A DNA stretch of 62,350 nucleotides, the filler included, from Sphacelaria rigidula (taxonomy: Eukaryota), in the NCBI GenBank assembly GCA_964200075.2. It is 10 parts of 10 records of this genome, joined end to end, with 100 filler letters (N's around TTAATTAATTAA, not from the genome) between each part and the next. Parts side by side here need not be neighbours in the genome. Positions count along the whole stretch, not along the records: positions 37,474 to 43,618 come from CAXNAA020021954.1; positions 43,719 to 49,862 come from CAXNAA020021955.1; positions 49,963 to 56,106 come from CAXNAA020021956.1; 7 more parts are not named here. The stretch is one strand, 5' to 3'. The position numbers and the translations under genes were made by a program. Positions 37,474-50,994 of this stretch are shown one piece after another. Under the pieces are notes generated by a model. The model saw nothing but the letters and a program-made list of their open reading frames with translations, did not search any database and was not told the origin of the DNA. The stretch's first letter is position 1; each line of letters begins with the position of its first letter.

Positions 37474-40400
37474 TAGATGAAATACAAAGAGGGTGAGCTT
37501 CTCTATTTCATGTCTATGTCCTGGCTGTGTTACAGTAGGTGAGAGAAAAAGGAGGGTTTGTTTCTCTATTTCATGTCTATGTCCGGGCTGTGTTACAGTA
37601 GGTGGAATATCAAGGAGGGTAACCTTCTCTATTTTATGTCTATGTCCGGGCTGTGTTATAGTACGTTCAAGAAAAACGAGGGGAAGATTCTCTATTCCAT
37701 GTTTATGTCCGGGCTGTGTTATAGTATGTTAGAGGAAAAGGATGGTTAGTTTCCTATTTCCATGTTGATATTCGGGCTGTGTTAGAGTAGGTGGAATGAA
37801 AAGGAGGGTTGGCTCCTGTATTCCATGTTTTCATCCGGTATGCGTCATAGTTGGTTGATAAGAAAGGAGGGTCAGCTTCTCTATGTCATGTCTATATCCG
37901 GGTTTTGTTAGAGTAGGTTGAAAGACAACGAGGGTAAGCACCTCTATTTCATGCCTATGTCCTGGCCGTGTTATAGCAGGTGAAAAAAAGGGACGGTTAG
38001 CTGCTCTATTTCATGTCTTTATCCTGGCTGTGTTACAGTAGGTGAGAGACAAAGGAGGGTTCGATTCTCTATTTCATGTCTATGTCCGGGCTGTGTTACA
38101 GTAGGTGGAACATAAAGAAGAGTAATCTTCTCTATTTTATGTCTATGTCCGGGCTGTGTTATAGTACGTTCGAGGAAAACGAGGGGAAGATTCTCTATTC
38201 CATGTTTATGTCCGGGCTGTGTCATAGTATGTTATAGGAAAAGGATGGTTAGTCTCCTATTTCCATGTTTATATTCGGGCTGTGTTAGAGTAGGTGGAAT
38301 GAAAAGGAGGGTTGGCTCCTGTATTCCATGTTTTCATCCGGTATGCGTCATAGTTGGTTGATAAGGAAGGAGGGTCAGCTTCTCTATTTCATGTCTATAT
38401 CCGGGCTTTGTTGGAGTAGGTTGAATAACAAGGAGGGTGAGCTTCTCTATTCGATGTCTATGTCCTGGCCGTGTTATAGCAGGTGAAAAAAAGGGACTGT
38501 CAGCTGCTCTATTTCATGTCTATGTCCTGGCTGTGTTATAGCAGGTTAAAGAAAAAGGGCGGCTAGCTGCTCTGTTTCATATCTATGTCCTGGCTGTGTT
38601 ATAGTAGGTTAAAGAAAAAGGACGGTTTTCTGCTCTGTGTCATGTCTATGTCCGGGCTGTGTCAGAGTAGGTGAAAGAAAATGGACGGTTCGCGGCGCTA
38701 CTTCGTGTCTATGTCCGGGGTGTGTTAGAGTAGGTTGATAAAAAAGAAGGGTTAGCCCCTCTATTCCAGGTCAATGTCTGGACTGCGTTATAGTAGATGA
38801 AATACAAAGAGGGTGAGCTTCTCTATTTCATGTCTATGTCCTGGCTGTGTTACAGTAGGTGAGAGAAAAAAGAGGGTTTGTTTCTCTATTTCATGTCTAT
38901 GTCCGGGCTGTGTTACAGTAGGTGGAATATCAAGGAGGGTAACCTTCTCTATTTTATGTCTATGTCCGGGCTGTGTTATAGTACGTTCGAGGAAAACGAG
39001 GGGAAGATTCTCTATTCCATGTTTATGTCCACGCTGTGTTATAGTATGTTAGAGGAAAAGGATGGTTATTTTCCTATTTACATGTTTATATTTGGGCTGT
39101 GTTAGAGTAGGTGGAATAAAAAGAAGGGTTGGCTCCTGTATTCCATGTTTTCATCCGGTATGCGTCATAGTTGGTTGATAAGAAAGGAGGGTCAGCTTCT
39201 CTATGTCATGTCTATATCCGGGCTTTGTTGGAGTAGGTTGAATAACAAGGAGGGTGAGCTTCTGTATCCCATGTTCAGGTCCTGGGCGTGTTATAGCAGG
39301 TGAAAAAAAGGGACGGTCAGCTGCTCCATTTCATGTCTATGTCCTGGCTGTGTTATAGCAGGTTAAAGAAAAAGGGCGGCTAACTGCTCTGTTTCATATC
39401 TATGTCCTGGCTGTGTTATAGTAGGTGAGAGAAAAAGGACGGTTTGAAGCTCTGTTCAATGTCTATGTCCGGGCTGTGTCAGAGTAGGTTGATAAAAAAG
39501 AACGGTTAGGTTCTCTATTCCAGGTCAATGTCTGGACTGCATTATAGTAGATGAAATACAAAGAGGGTGAGCTTCTCTATTTCATGTCTATGTTCCGGCT
39601 GTGTTACAGTAGGTTAGAGAAAAACGACGGTTTGATTCTCCATTCCATGTCTATGTCCGAGATGTGTTACAGGAGGGTGAAGAGAAAGGACGGTTACCTG
39701 CTTTATACCATGTCTATGTCCGGGCTGTGTTAGAGTAGGTTCATATAATAAGAGGGTAAGCTTCTCTATTCCAGGTCAATGTCTGGACTGCGTTAAAGTA
39801 GATGAAATAGAAAGAAGGAGGAGCTTCTACATTTCATGTCTATGTTCCGGCTGTGGTATAGTATGTGAGAGAAAAACGAGGGTTTGATTCTCTATTTTAT
39901 GTCTATGTCCGGGCTGTGTTACAGTAGGTGGAATATGAAGGAGGGTAACCTTCTCTATTTTATGTCTATGTCCGGGCTGTGTCATAGGACGTCCAGGAAA
40001 AAGGAGGGGAAGATTCTCTATTCCATGTTTACGTCCACGCTGTGTTATAGTATGTTATAGGAAAAGGATGGTTAGTTTCCTATTTCCATGTTTATATTCA
40101 GGCTGTGTTAGAGTAGGTGGAATGAAAAGGAGGGTTGGCTCCTGTTGCCATGTTTTCATCCGTTATGCGTTATAGTTGGTTGATAAGAAAGGAGGGTCAG
40201 CTTCTCTATTTCATGTCTATATCGGGGCTTTGTTATAGTAGATTGAATAACAAGGAGGGTGAGTTTCTCTATTCGATGTCTATGTCCTGGCCGTGTTATA
40301 GCAGGTGAAAAAAAGGGACGGTTAGCTGCTCTATTTCATGTCTATGTTCTGGCTGTGATATAGCAGGTTAAAGAAAAAGGGCGGCTAGGTGCTCTGTTTC

Positions 40401-43400
40401 ATATCTATGTCCGGGCTTTGTTATAGTAGGTGAGAGAAAAAGGAGGGTTTGCTGCTCTCTCTCATGTCTATGTCCGGGCTGTGAGAGAGAAGGTGGAAGA
40501 AAATGGACGGTTCGCGGCTTTACTTCGTGTCTATGTCCGGGGTGTCTTAGAGTAGGTTCATGAAAAAAAAGGGTAAGCCCCTCTATTCCAGGTCAATGTC
40601 TGGACTGCGTTATAGTAGATGAAATACAAAGAAGGGGAGCTTCTCTATTTCATGTCTATGTCCTGGCTGTGTTACAGTAGATGGGAGACAAAGGAGGGTT
40701 CGATTCTCTATTTCATGTCTATGTCCTGGCTGTGTTACAGTAGATGGGAGACAAAGGAGGGTTCGATTCTCTATTTCATGTCTATGTCCGGGCTGTGTTA
40801 CAGTAGGTGGAATATGAAGGAGGGTAACCTTCTCTATTTTATGTCTCTGTCCGGGCTGTGTTATAGTACGTTCAAAAAAAACGAGGGTCAGATTCTCTAT
40901 TCCATGTTTATGTCCACGCTGTGTTATAGTATGTTATAGGAAAAGGATGGTTAGTTTCCTATTTCCATGTTTATATTCGGACTGTGTTAGAGTAGGTGGA
41001 ATGAGAAGGAGGGTTGGCTCCTGTATTCCATGTTTTCATCCGGTATGCGTTATAGTTGGTTGATAAGAAAGAAGGGTCAGCTTCTCTATGTCATGTCTAT
41101 ATCGGGGCTTTGTTATAGTAGGTTGAATAACAAGGAGGGTGAGTTTCTCTATTCGATGTCTATGTCCTGGCCGTGTTATAGCAGGTGAAAAAAAGGGACG
41201 GTTAGCTGCTCTATTTCATGTCTATGTCCTGGTTGTGTTACAGCAGGTTAAAGAAAAAGGGCAGCTAGCTGCTCTGTTCCATATCTATGTCCTGGCTGTG
41301 TTATGGTAGGTGAGAGAAAAAGGAGGGTTTGCTGCTCTTTTCATGTCTATGTCCGGGCTGTGAGAGAGAAGGTGGAAGAAGATGGACGGTTCGCGGCTTT
41401 ACTTCGTGTCTATGTCCTAGCTGTGTTAGAGTAGGTTCATGAAAAAGAAGGGTAAGCTTCTCTATCCCAGGTCAATGTCTGGACTGCGTTATAGTAGATG
41501 AAATACAAAGAAGGTGAGCTTCTCTATTTCATGTCTATGTCCTGGCTGTGTTACAGTAGATGGGAGACAAAGGAGGGTTCGATTCTCTATTTCATGTCTA
41601 TGTCCGGGCTGTGTTACAGTAGGTGGAATATGAAGGAGGGTAACCTTCTCTATTTAATGTCTATGTCCGGGCTGTGTTACAGTAGGTGGAAAGGAAGGTA
41701 ACCTTCTCTATTTTATGTCTATGTCCGGGCTGTGTCATAGGACGTCCAAGGAAAACGAGGGGAAGATTCTCTATTCCATGTTTACGTCCAGGCTGTGTTA
41801 TAGTATGTTAGAGGAAAAGGATGGTTAGTTTCCTATTTCCATGTTTATATTCGGGCTGTGTTAGAGTAGGTGGAATGAAAAGGAGGGTTGGCTCCTGTGT
41901 TCTATGTTTTCATCCGGTATGCGTTATAGTTGGTTGATAAGAAAGGAGGGTCAGCTTCTTTATGTCATGTCTATATCGGGGCTTTGTTATAGTAGGTTGA
42001 ATAAAACGTCCGGTTAGATTCTCTATTCGATGTCTATGTCCTGGGCGTGTTATAGCAGGTGAAAAAAAGGGACGGTTACCTGCTCCATTTCATGTCCATG
42101 TCCCGGCTGTGTTATAGCAGGTTAAAGAAAAAGGGCGGCTAGGTGCTCTGTTTCATATCTATGTTCGGGCTGTGCTACAGTAGGTCAAAGAAAAAGGACG
42201 GTTTGCTGCTCTCTCTCATGTCTATGTCCGGGCTGTGTCGAAGTAGGTGAAAGAAAATGGACGGTTCGTGGCTCTACTTCGTGTCTATGTCCGGGGTGTC
42301 TTAGAGTAGGTTCATGAAAAAAAAGGGTTAGTCCCTCTATTCCAGGTCAATGTCTGGACTGCGTTAGAGTAGATGAAATACAAAAGAGGGTGAGCTTCTG
42401 TATTTCATGTCTATGTCATGGCTGTGTTACAGTGGGTGAGAGACAAAGGAGGGTTCGATTCTCCATTTCATGTCTATGTCCGGGCTGTGTAACAGTAGGT
42501 GAAATATCAAGGAGGGTAACCTTCTCTATTTTATGTCTATGTCCGGGCTGGCTTATAGTGCGTTCAAGGAAAACGAGGGGAAGATTCTCTATTCCATGTT
42601 TATGTCCAGGCTGTGTTATAGTATGTCGGAGGAAAAGGATGGTCATTTTCCTATTTCCATATTTATATTCAGGCTGTGTTAGAGTAGGTGGAATGAAAAG
42701 GAGGGTTGGCTCCTGTATTCCATGTTTTCATCCGTTATGCATTATAGTTGGTTGATGAGAAAGGAGGGTCAGCTTCTCTATTCCATGTTCATATCCGGGC
42801 TGTGTTATAGTAGGTTGAATAAAAAGGAGGGTGAGCTTGTCTATTTCAGGTTTATATCCGGGCTGTGTTAGAGTAGACGAGAGAAAAAAGACGGATAGCT
42901 TCTCTATTCCATGTTGATGTCCATGATATTGTTATAGTAGGTGAGAGAAAAAGGATGGTTAGTTCCTTATTTTCATGTTCATGTCCGGGCTGTGTTATGG
43001 TGGGTTGAGTACAAAGGAGGGGTAGCTCCTCTATTCCATGTTTTCATCCGAACTGCGTTATAGCAGGTTGATGAGAAAGGAGGGTCAGTTTCTCTAATTT
43101 ATGTTCATGTCCGGGCTGTGTTTAGTGGGTGAAAGAAAAAGACGGTTAGCTGCTCTGTGTCATGTCTATGCCCTGGCTGTATGAGAGTAAGTTAGAGAAA
43201 AAGGACGGTTTGATGCTCTATTTCAGGTCTATATCCGGGCTGTGTTATAGTAGGTTGATAAGAAACGAGGGTCAGCTTCTCTATTCCATATTCATATCCG
43301 GGCTGTATTCTAGTAGGTTGAATAAAAAGGAGGGTGAGCTTGTCTATCTCATGTTCATATCCGGCCTGTGTTATAGTAGATGAGAGAAAAAGGACGGACA

Positions 43401-43618
43401 GCTTCTCTATTCCATGTTAATGCCCTGTTTTTGCTATGGTAGGTTAAATAAAAAGAACGGTTAGCTGATTTCTTTCATGTCTATGTCCGGGCTGTGGAAT
43501 AGTATGTTAGAGAAGAGGGATGGTTAGTTTCTCATTTTCATGTTCATATCCGGGCTGTGTTATAGTAGGTTGAACAGAAAGGAGGGTTAGCTCCTCCATT
43601 CCATGTTTTCATCCGAAC
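37474..43618. repeat. Satellite array, 62-63-bp monomer (~98 copies), 13-monomer higher-order repeat
   Basis: Consensus ~CTCTATTTCATGTCTATGTCCGGGCTGTGTTATAGTAGGT plus a purine-rich variable segment. A marker monomer TAGATGAAATA recurs at 37474, 38794, 39548, 39799, 40616, 41495 and 42370. Confidence 0.97.
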
Positions 43619-43718
43619 NNNNNNNNNNNNNNNNNNNNNNNNNNNNNNNNNNNNNNNNNNNNTTAATTAATTAANNNNNNNNNNNNNNNNNNNNNNNNNN
43701 NNNNNNNNNNNNNNNNNN

Positions 43719-43795
43719 CCAGATCGCTCCGGGAATCGAACCCTCCTACTCAACCATCAGAAGGATACTAGGTTACCAACTGAGCCACCGAGACC
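43719..43795 (-). mobile_element. tRNA-like SINE head (second family or tRNA pseudogene), cut by the contig end
   Basis: GGTCTCGGTGGCTCAGTTGG...GGTTCGATTCCC gives A and B boxes; acceptor and anticodon stems pair poorly. Confidence 0.7.
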
Positions 43796-43978
43796 AATGC
43801 AGTAATATAAAAACAGTACCGAAACTTTAAATCAATTACCACGATTGCCAACGATGCGCTACGCTGTACAGTACAACCGATCAATTTCTCCATGAATAAT
43901 TTTCTCGGAGAATTCCCTGTACTGCGTACAGTATGCAATAAAATATACGTACCGTAGTACCAGGTATCCTGCGCTACG

Positions 43979-45178
43979 TCAAGCATTCAGTAGTAAACGG
44001 TGAGTAGTGGCGTTCGTTGATGTCACTGGGCCCGTACTCGATAATAGTGATGCCGTAGCTGTAGTAGCGTTGGTTGATCTCGTTTGGTCCGTTCTCGGCG
44101 GTGTTGTAGTATAGCTGCTCGCCTCATTTCGTGCTCTCACCCGATCGTGGTTGCTGCCGTAATATGTTTTGGTGGCGTACAAAATTCCGAACAGTGAAGG
44201 ACACCTGACAGCACGAACAAACAAGTGTTCCGTTTCAAATGAAACGCGGAAGGTTAAAATGTTCAAGTGACAAGATGGTGTAGCACGTCCTGTGCTTCGG
44301 GGGGGGGCGATGTTGCTGGTGATGCTCGAGTGTGCTGAAGATGTGCTCCTGGATGTTGGCCTCTCGATAGTGGATGCTTCCCTCGGGCTTGCTGGTGGAG
44401 TCACTTGGGGTGGATGCTTCTTGAAAAAGCAGGTGATGGTTTTCGTTTGTTGTGCTGATTGCCCTGGCAGAAGATGATATCCTGTTCCGCGTCCCCTGCG
44501 CTGGATTTTCCTGGGGTGTTTAATCGCCCCGCTTTTCACGTAGGCAGGTGAGGTGACTAGCCCCTGCCGCAGTACTGAAGGACCTTTCTTCTTGATGTCA
44601 AGCACTTCTCTGATGTACCCTTTCTCCTCTCGTGTCTTTGTAACTTTGATGTAGGAGCTGCCCGAGTGCGACATCTTGGACTGCTGTTTGTGGTTCGGCT
44701 GCTGCTCATGATGGCGATGATGGGACTGCGACTGCTGTTGATGCTGATCACGGGCCTTCTGCCGTGAAGTTGTCAGTCTTTTCGTTGTAGAAGATAGAAT
44801 AACGTTCGTTTCTGTACCCCTCTTGTAATTTCCGCACCTGCTGTTTTCTGCCGCTGTAGAGTTGACCGGCCTGTTCTCTTCATGGGATTTCGTTCATTTT
44901 CCGTACTGATGCATGCAGCTGTAGGCTTGGCCAATGAAGATCTAGATCTACCATGGTTACGACTCTTGCTCATTTTCCCGGCTGAACGGCACACAGTTTT
45001 GACTGTTCTGCCGGCTGCTGTCGGAGGCGGTTCTACGGTCTTGACGGGCCCTGTCTTGTTCGGCGGAAACACTGCGGCTGATAATGCTGTGCCCATCCCA
45101 ATACAGTCTCCGGATAATACCTTAGTCGTGAGTGCTGAATCGATCCTTTTGTTCAAGGTTTTCGAATTTTGAGCACCC
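43979..45178 (-). other. Possible coding region, low-complexity S/T/K/R/Q/H-rich, two overlapping frames
   Basis: Two long minus ORFs overlap near 44780-44870; CAG acceptor at 45179; no domain recognised. Confidence 0.3.
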
Positions 45179-45483
45179 TGCATGCTGATGTAGTGTAATG
45201 CTCCACCGCAGTTGCTAATGGGAATTTTAAAATCTCCAAGGTCTACGTAGGAATCACCCGAAAAGATGTGTTTCTCTGAGATCATTATCATTATCGTACA
45301 TTGGCCTGGTCTCTCGAAGCCGTGGTCACAGACGTGGGCTCTCGCTTTCCAGTGCCTCCACCACTCTCGCTGGCATGAGATAGAAGCGCCCATTGTGCGA
45401 CTTCGTCTAAGACTCCAAAAACAAAGTAAAATAGAAACTATTCAAAGAGAGGTCGGCGTCAAATGGAGACCAGAACAATAGTC

Positions 45484-45725
45484 AGGTAGGGATGCACTTT
45501 TTGCGCGAAATCTTGTCTAGTTCAGGGACTCCTAACGATTCTAGACGCACAAGAATATGGGTCAGGACATCCCGGTCTGCAAATTCAGCCGGGATATCCC
45601 CAGCACATTGGAATAGTGGCCCTGGCATACTCTCATATACTTTCATAAGTCGTGTTTTGGATGAGATCAAGGGCTCCAAACAATTCTAACCTCCTAAACA
45701 AATTGTGCACTCGTACCGGTGCATC
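45484..45725. repeat. Interspersed repeat, probable DNA-element end
   Basis: Aligns to the reverse complement of 54130-54390; both terminate at GGTAGG(GA/C)TGCACTTTTTGCGC. Confidence 0.75.
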
Positions 45726-45949
45726 ACTCATCAAGGGAGGGTCGAACAACATTCCCAGGTACTCACCGACAGGAACATCGAAATTTTCAGGAAGACGGCA
45801 GACACACGAGCGAGTACACTACTTAGTGGGCCACTCGTTATGTTCCGGCGATCTTCGATAGCACAGGGGGAATTCTAGTGGCACAACAAAAAGTTCATTT
45901 GCATGGCGCGCGTTGGTCCAGTCCGCCATGCGCTTCTTAGCTCCTTCCC

Positions 45950-48050
45950 CTACGACCTGGTACGACCCGGGACCATTTTGCGCAATTTGCGTCCGTCATG
46001 TCGCATCTACTCTGAAGTTGGAGCATTACTCAGGGATACGGTGTTGCAAGCGTTTCGCGAATTGACCTGCCTCCTTCTCCTCTCCGACCATTTCTCCACT
46101 CATGGCGATGTCGGGGAGGCGCTCGTCGTGGTTGCGCGCGACGTGGTTGGCGTACAGTAAGATTTGCCTCGACACGGGTGGCCTCGATACAATCGCAGCC
46201 AGTTATTTCGATAACCTGGCGGCAGGCATCATAAGGTAGTGCAGGGCGCTGTGCGGTAAGATATGATCGTTGCGGTACCTCAGCAGTAACCCGGGGTGGG
46301 CTTCGCGCAACAAGCTGACTGGGTGAGAATGATTGAATCACGCAGTCGTGAAGGAGTATCTCAATCACTTCTGCCTTCAGGAAACGAGCATTTCCGCCCA
46401 GGGCAAGGCACGCGTTGTCGTATATCGGTCTGCTGTAGTTAACGAACCACTTCCAGGCCTGTCCAATGCCACGGTTGATGTTAGTGGTGACATCGCCGAT
46501 GCTGTTGATGGCCCCGCCGAGATGGACGAAAAGACTCCGCGCGCTCGCACCTTTGGCCTGCCGCCTCCACCTCAATCACGTCCGCCTTCACTCTCGCATG
46601 TGTATGGTTACTGTCTTATTTTCCGCCACAACGAGATCAAACGCCGCACAGACTTCGACGGTGGGCGTTATCATCTTTGTCAGGCTTGGTTGAGATCACG
46701 ACGCGATGCCAGCGTCATCGACGTGCGGCATGACCCAAAGCACCTCGCAAAGCAGGTCCGTGGTGTTCCTACCCTGGTAGCGATGCGAATGAAGTTACCC
46801 ACCGCAGCCTCACCGATCGAGAAACGGTCGAACGCCACCCTCACCAAGACCGCGAAAAAGATGCTGGACACGTGGGCAATCTCACAGCTTTGGCAGAGGC
46901 CCTGGTTAACGTCCAAACACCGAAGTTTTGCCGCTGTCACGGCGTCCGCACGCCCGCATGCCATTGTGGAAGTGGCTGATGACGGAAACCACCTTGACCG
47001 GAACGCCGTATCGTGCAAGCACCTTTCATAGAGGAGTGTAGTCGACTGAATCGTACGCCTTCCGGAGGTCGCTGAAGCACATGTACAGCGTAATATTGTT
47101 CTCTCTGGCCAGTTTTTGACGTCTGCGTACAACGTTATCATGTCGACTGTCGACCGGCGGGGTCGGAAATCGCGTTGAGCTTTTGGGAGGATTCTCTTTC
47201 ACTCGCAATATTCGCTGAGGCGAATTGTAGCTATTGTGAGAAGCATCTTGCCCTCGTGGGACCCTAGGGAGATGCCGCGGTAGTTGCCACGTTTATGCGA
47301 GCCCTCGTTCTTGAACAGCACGTTGATGCTGACTTCTTTCCATTCATGAGCCAATTTGCGATACGGGGGGGGTGGGGGTATTTTGGGCCATTTCCCCCCC
47401 AAAAATCCGCTTCAAATCACCGTCGAACGCAGAACTAACTGTTCGAACGCGCTTGTTACGGATAAATAGCACTCACTCGTTCCGCTTGACACCGGTTTCT
47501 CCCAAATACAAGCGTGCCGCGAGTGCGTTAGGTCGTCGGACACACCTATCAGTCCATTTTGTTCGTGGAACCCCCCCCCCGCCCCCATCGTAGGATCACT
47601 TTCCTATGGCACTACTTCCAAACGCCACACTGTAAGCACGAAGTTGTGGAGGCACGTCATTGTAGCAGAGCCCTCGATGAGGCCTTGCATGAATAGCTCG
47701 TCACACAGGTATCAAGTCTCAACAGCCTGGCCGTTTGCCAGCTTGCTCGATGCTTCCTTCACTTTTTCCATCGAGGGCTCGGCCGCGAGCGCTTCGATTC
47801 CCGGCATCTGTTCGATGGCATTGATGGCAGAGCTGTCGAGCGTGGACGAGATTACGTGCAAAAGCTTCTCGAATCGCCCTTTCCACCTCTATACGACTTG
47901 CTTGTCCCGTAACAGCTCGCCAGCCGCGCTCCTGATGTAGGTTCAGTCACACCCCTTATTCCCTTCCATTTCCAAGGACTTCATGTGCTGGTACAATATT
48001 ACCTGGTCCATCCTGCGGGGTAACTCCGCTGTTGTCCTGGCGGTGAGCTC
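45950..48050 (-). pseudogene. Decayed RTE-like LINE reverse transcriptase
   Basis: EWKEVSINVLFK...GNYRGISL; YMCFSDLRKAYDSVD; VNQGL.Q; FVHLGG...IGQAW; many frameshifts. Confidence 0.9.
47348..47601. mobile_element. Older Sola2-like MITE copy inserted in the LINE
   Basis: GAGCCAATTTGCGATAC(G)n ... (C)nATCGTAGGATCACTT; flanks TCAT/TCCT. Confidence 0.6.
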
Positions 48051-48799
48051 AAAATAAATTATTTTACTACCTTGTTTCTCTGAGATCGTCGGTGTGTGTA
48101 TTCAGATATTTCCAAGTGTTTTGTGGGCCGTTTAACGAATCGGTAATATTTCCAAAAGTCGAAGTGGGCGTCCAAAAAAAGGCGTGAATGGCGGCGATAT
48201 CCTCTCGGAAAAATGTATCGCAAGACTCTCCGAGGTGGCACAATCCATGATGCCCCGTGCTACTACTGTACTCCGGCGAAAACTAGCGCTGAATCGCCAA
48301 CATTTCTTTTTCATACTCATTTTTTCTCTTTGAGAAGTTGTTTCTCATCGAACTGTCGCGCCACGATGTCGCGACCAATTTTACCGCACATCACCCACAT
48401 ACCGATACATTGAGCTCTTCTGCATCGAGTGTTTCTTTAGCGCCGAAAGGCGGTGTGCGCGTCCCAGCAGTACCAACTACCCAGACAATAAACGGCCAAA
48501 AACATGTGCAAGGGAAGGCACCACCAAGCTGAAATTCGGACAGCACTCGCTCCATCTTCAGAAAGAAAGTTATGCCATATGACGTCGTGATGGGTAATAC
48601 CTAATTAATGTAGTACATATGTTTGCCATATTCAGGGCTTTCATTCAAGCTATAGATCGTCGCTGAACTCCTGGTGTATCGAGATATATGTCTCCATATT
48701 ATCGGCACCAAATCACAGCTGTTTAGATTTTTTGCTGTCCGAAACGCAAACAATGACCACACTTTACGTAATTTAATTCAATGTGTTTTCATTAATTCA

Positions 48800-49840
<1,041 letters not shown>

Positions 49841-50199
49841 TTCGAGTCATCCTACGATAGGGNNNNNNNNNNNNNNNNNNNNNNNNNNNNNNNNNNNNNN
49901 NNNNNNTTAATTAATTAANNNNNNNNNNNNNNNNNNNNNNNNNNNNNNNNNNNNNNNNNNNNTAGTGCTTGCAGTACAAACCTACTGGGGGCACACGCCT
50001 TTTTCGTGTGCCGAAAATACGGGATCATGACGTGTGATTTTGTATGATCGATTTCCCGCCCCCACTTGATTCAGTTGTGTGTTATGTGTGTGAGAGTGGG
50101 CATAAATGGGTAAATTAATTACATAAATGATATCTGGTCTCAACTAGCCACGGCAGGCCTACAAATTCCCGCGACAACGCACCCGGTGCATGAGGCTTC

Positions 50200-50994
50200 C
50201 TATTAAACGTATCGAGACAACTATCCGAAAACGCCAACTCTTATTCGCGGGAGCCCTTGTCAGACAGAAGGACACACGCCTGCCTAAACGCGTCATGAAC
50301 GGTCGGCTTTCCCCACGAGGACCCAAGGAGACCGGCCGCCCCTCCAAACAATGGGAGAATACCCTAAAGGAGAACCTACGTGCGCTAGGGGCTGTCTCGC
50401 ACAAAGGAGCCCGATGGAAGTAGTTCCTCTACAGTGTAGAAGGCAACGATACATACGATTGGGTCCCTGCGGCGAAGAACATGAGCAAATGGCATGTTCG
50501 AGTCAGAAAAAGAAGCGGAAACGTTTGAGGACACGTGGCGACGCGCGAACAAATGAGACTCAGACCGCCGTCACAAGCGAGAGGCTGCTGCGTTGAGGGC
50601 CGCCAATCGAATAAACCTGTCTACTCATATCGGTTGTTGATTGTGTCCTTAGTCGGTGGCTCTACGGTAGCCACTGGTGCGTATCCGTATCTACTCTGCT
50701 GCCCTGAATCCCTTGGGATTTTTCCTTTTAAATTATTGTGTGACATTTTTGTTTTGTTTTTTCTCTTTTTGTTTTTAGGTCGGCCATCTTTTTTGTGCTT
50801 TGCTTCTGTTGATTTGTTTCTCTTCTTTTTTTTCACGCCTCAGTCTCCTATGTCGTTCTGTTCAACTTTTTCTGTTCCTTCTTTTCTTTAACGAGTGTTT
50901 CAGTTTGGCTTTTCTTGGGTACGTCGATCATGCGACCACGACTGAACCCATGGGTGGTCAGTTAAAGTGCGACAATCAGTCAATCAAATCAAAT
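50200..50994 (+). mobile_element. RTE-like LINE 3' end (ORF2 C-terminus, T-rich UTR, (CAAT/CAAAT)n tail)
   Basis: IETTIRKRQLLFAGALVRQKDTRLPKRVM...GRPSKQW..LKENL is a typical RTE C-terminus. Confidence 0.88.

Noticed and set aside
37493..43383. 21-aa repeat proteins in the ORF track
   Set aside because: These are translations of the satellite; recurrent stops and 62-bp monomers break every frame examined.
37474..43618. CRISPR-like repeat/spacer array
   Set aside because: The variable segments are mutually homologous and recur in fixed order, the constant part is itself variable, there are no cas genes, and the context is eukaryotic.
43719..43795. Functional tRNA gene
   Set aside because: A and B boxes are present but the acceptor and anticodon stems do not pair properly.
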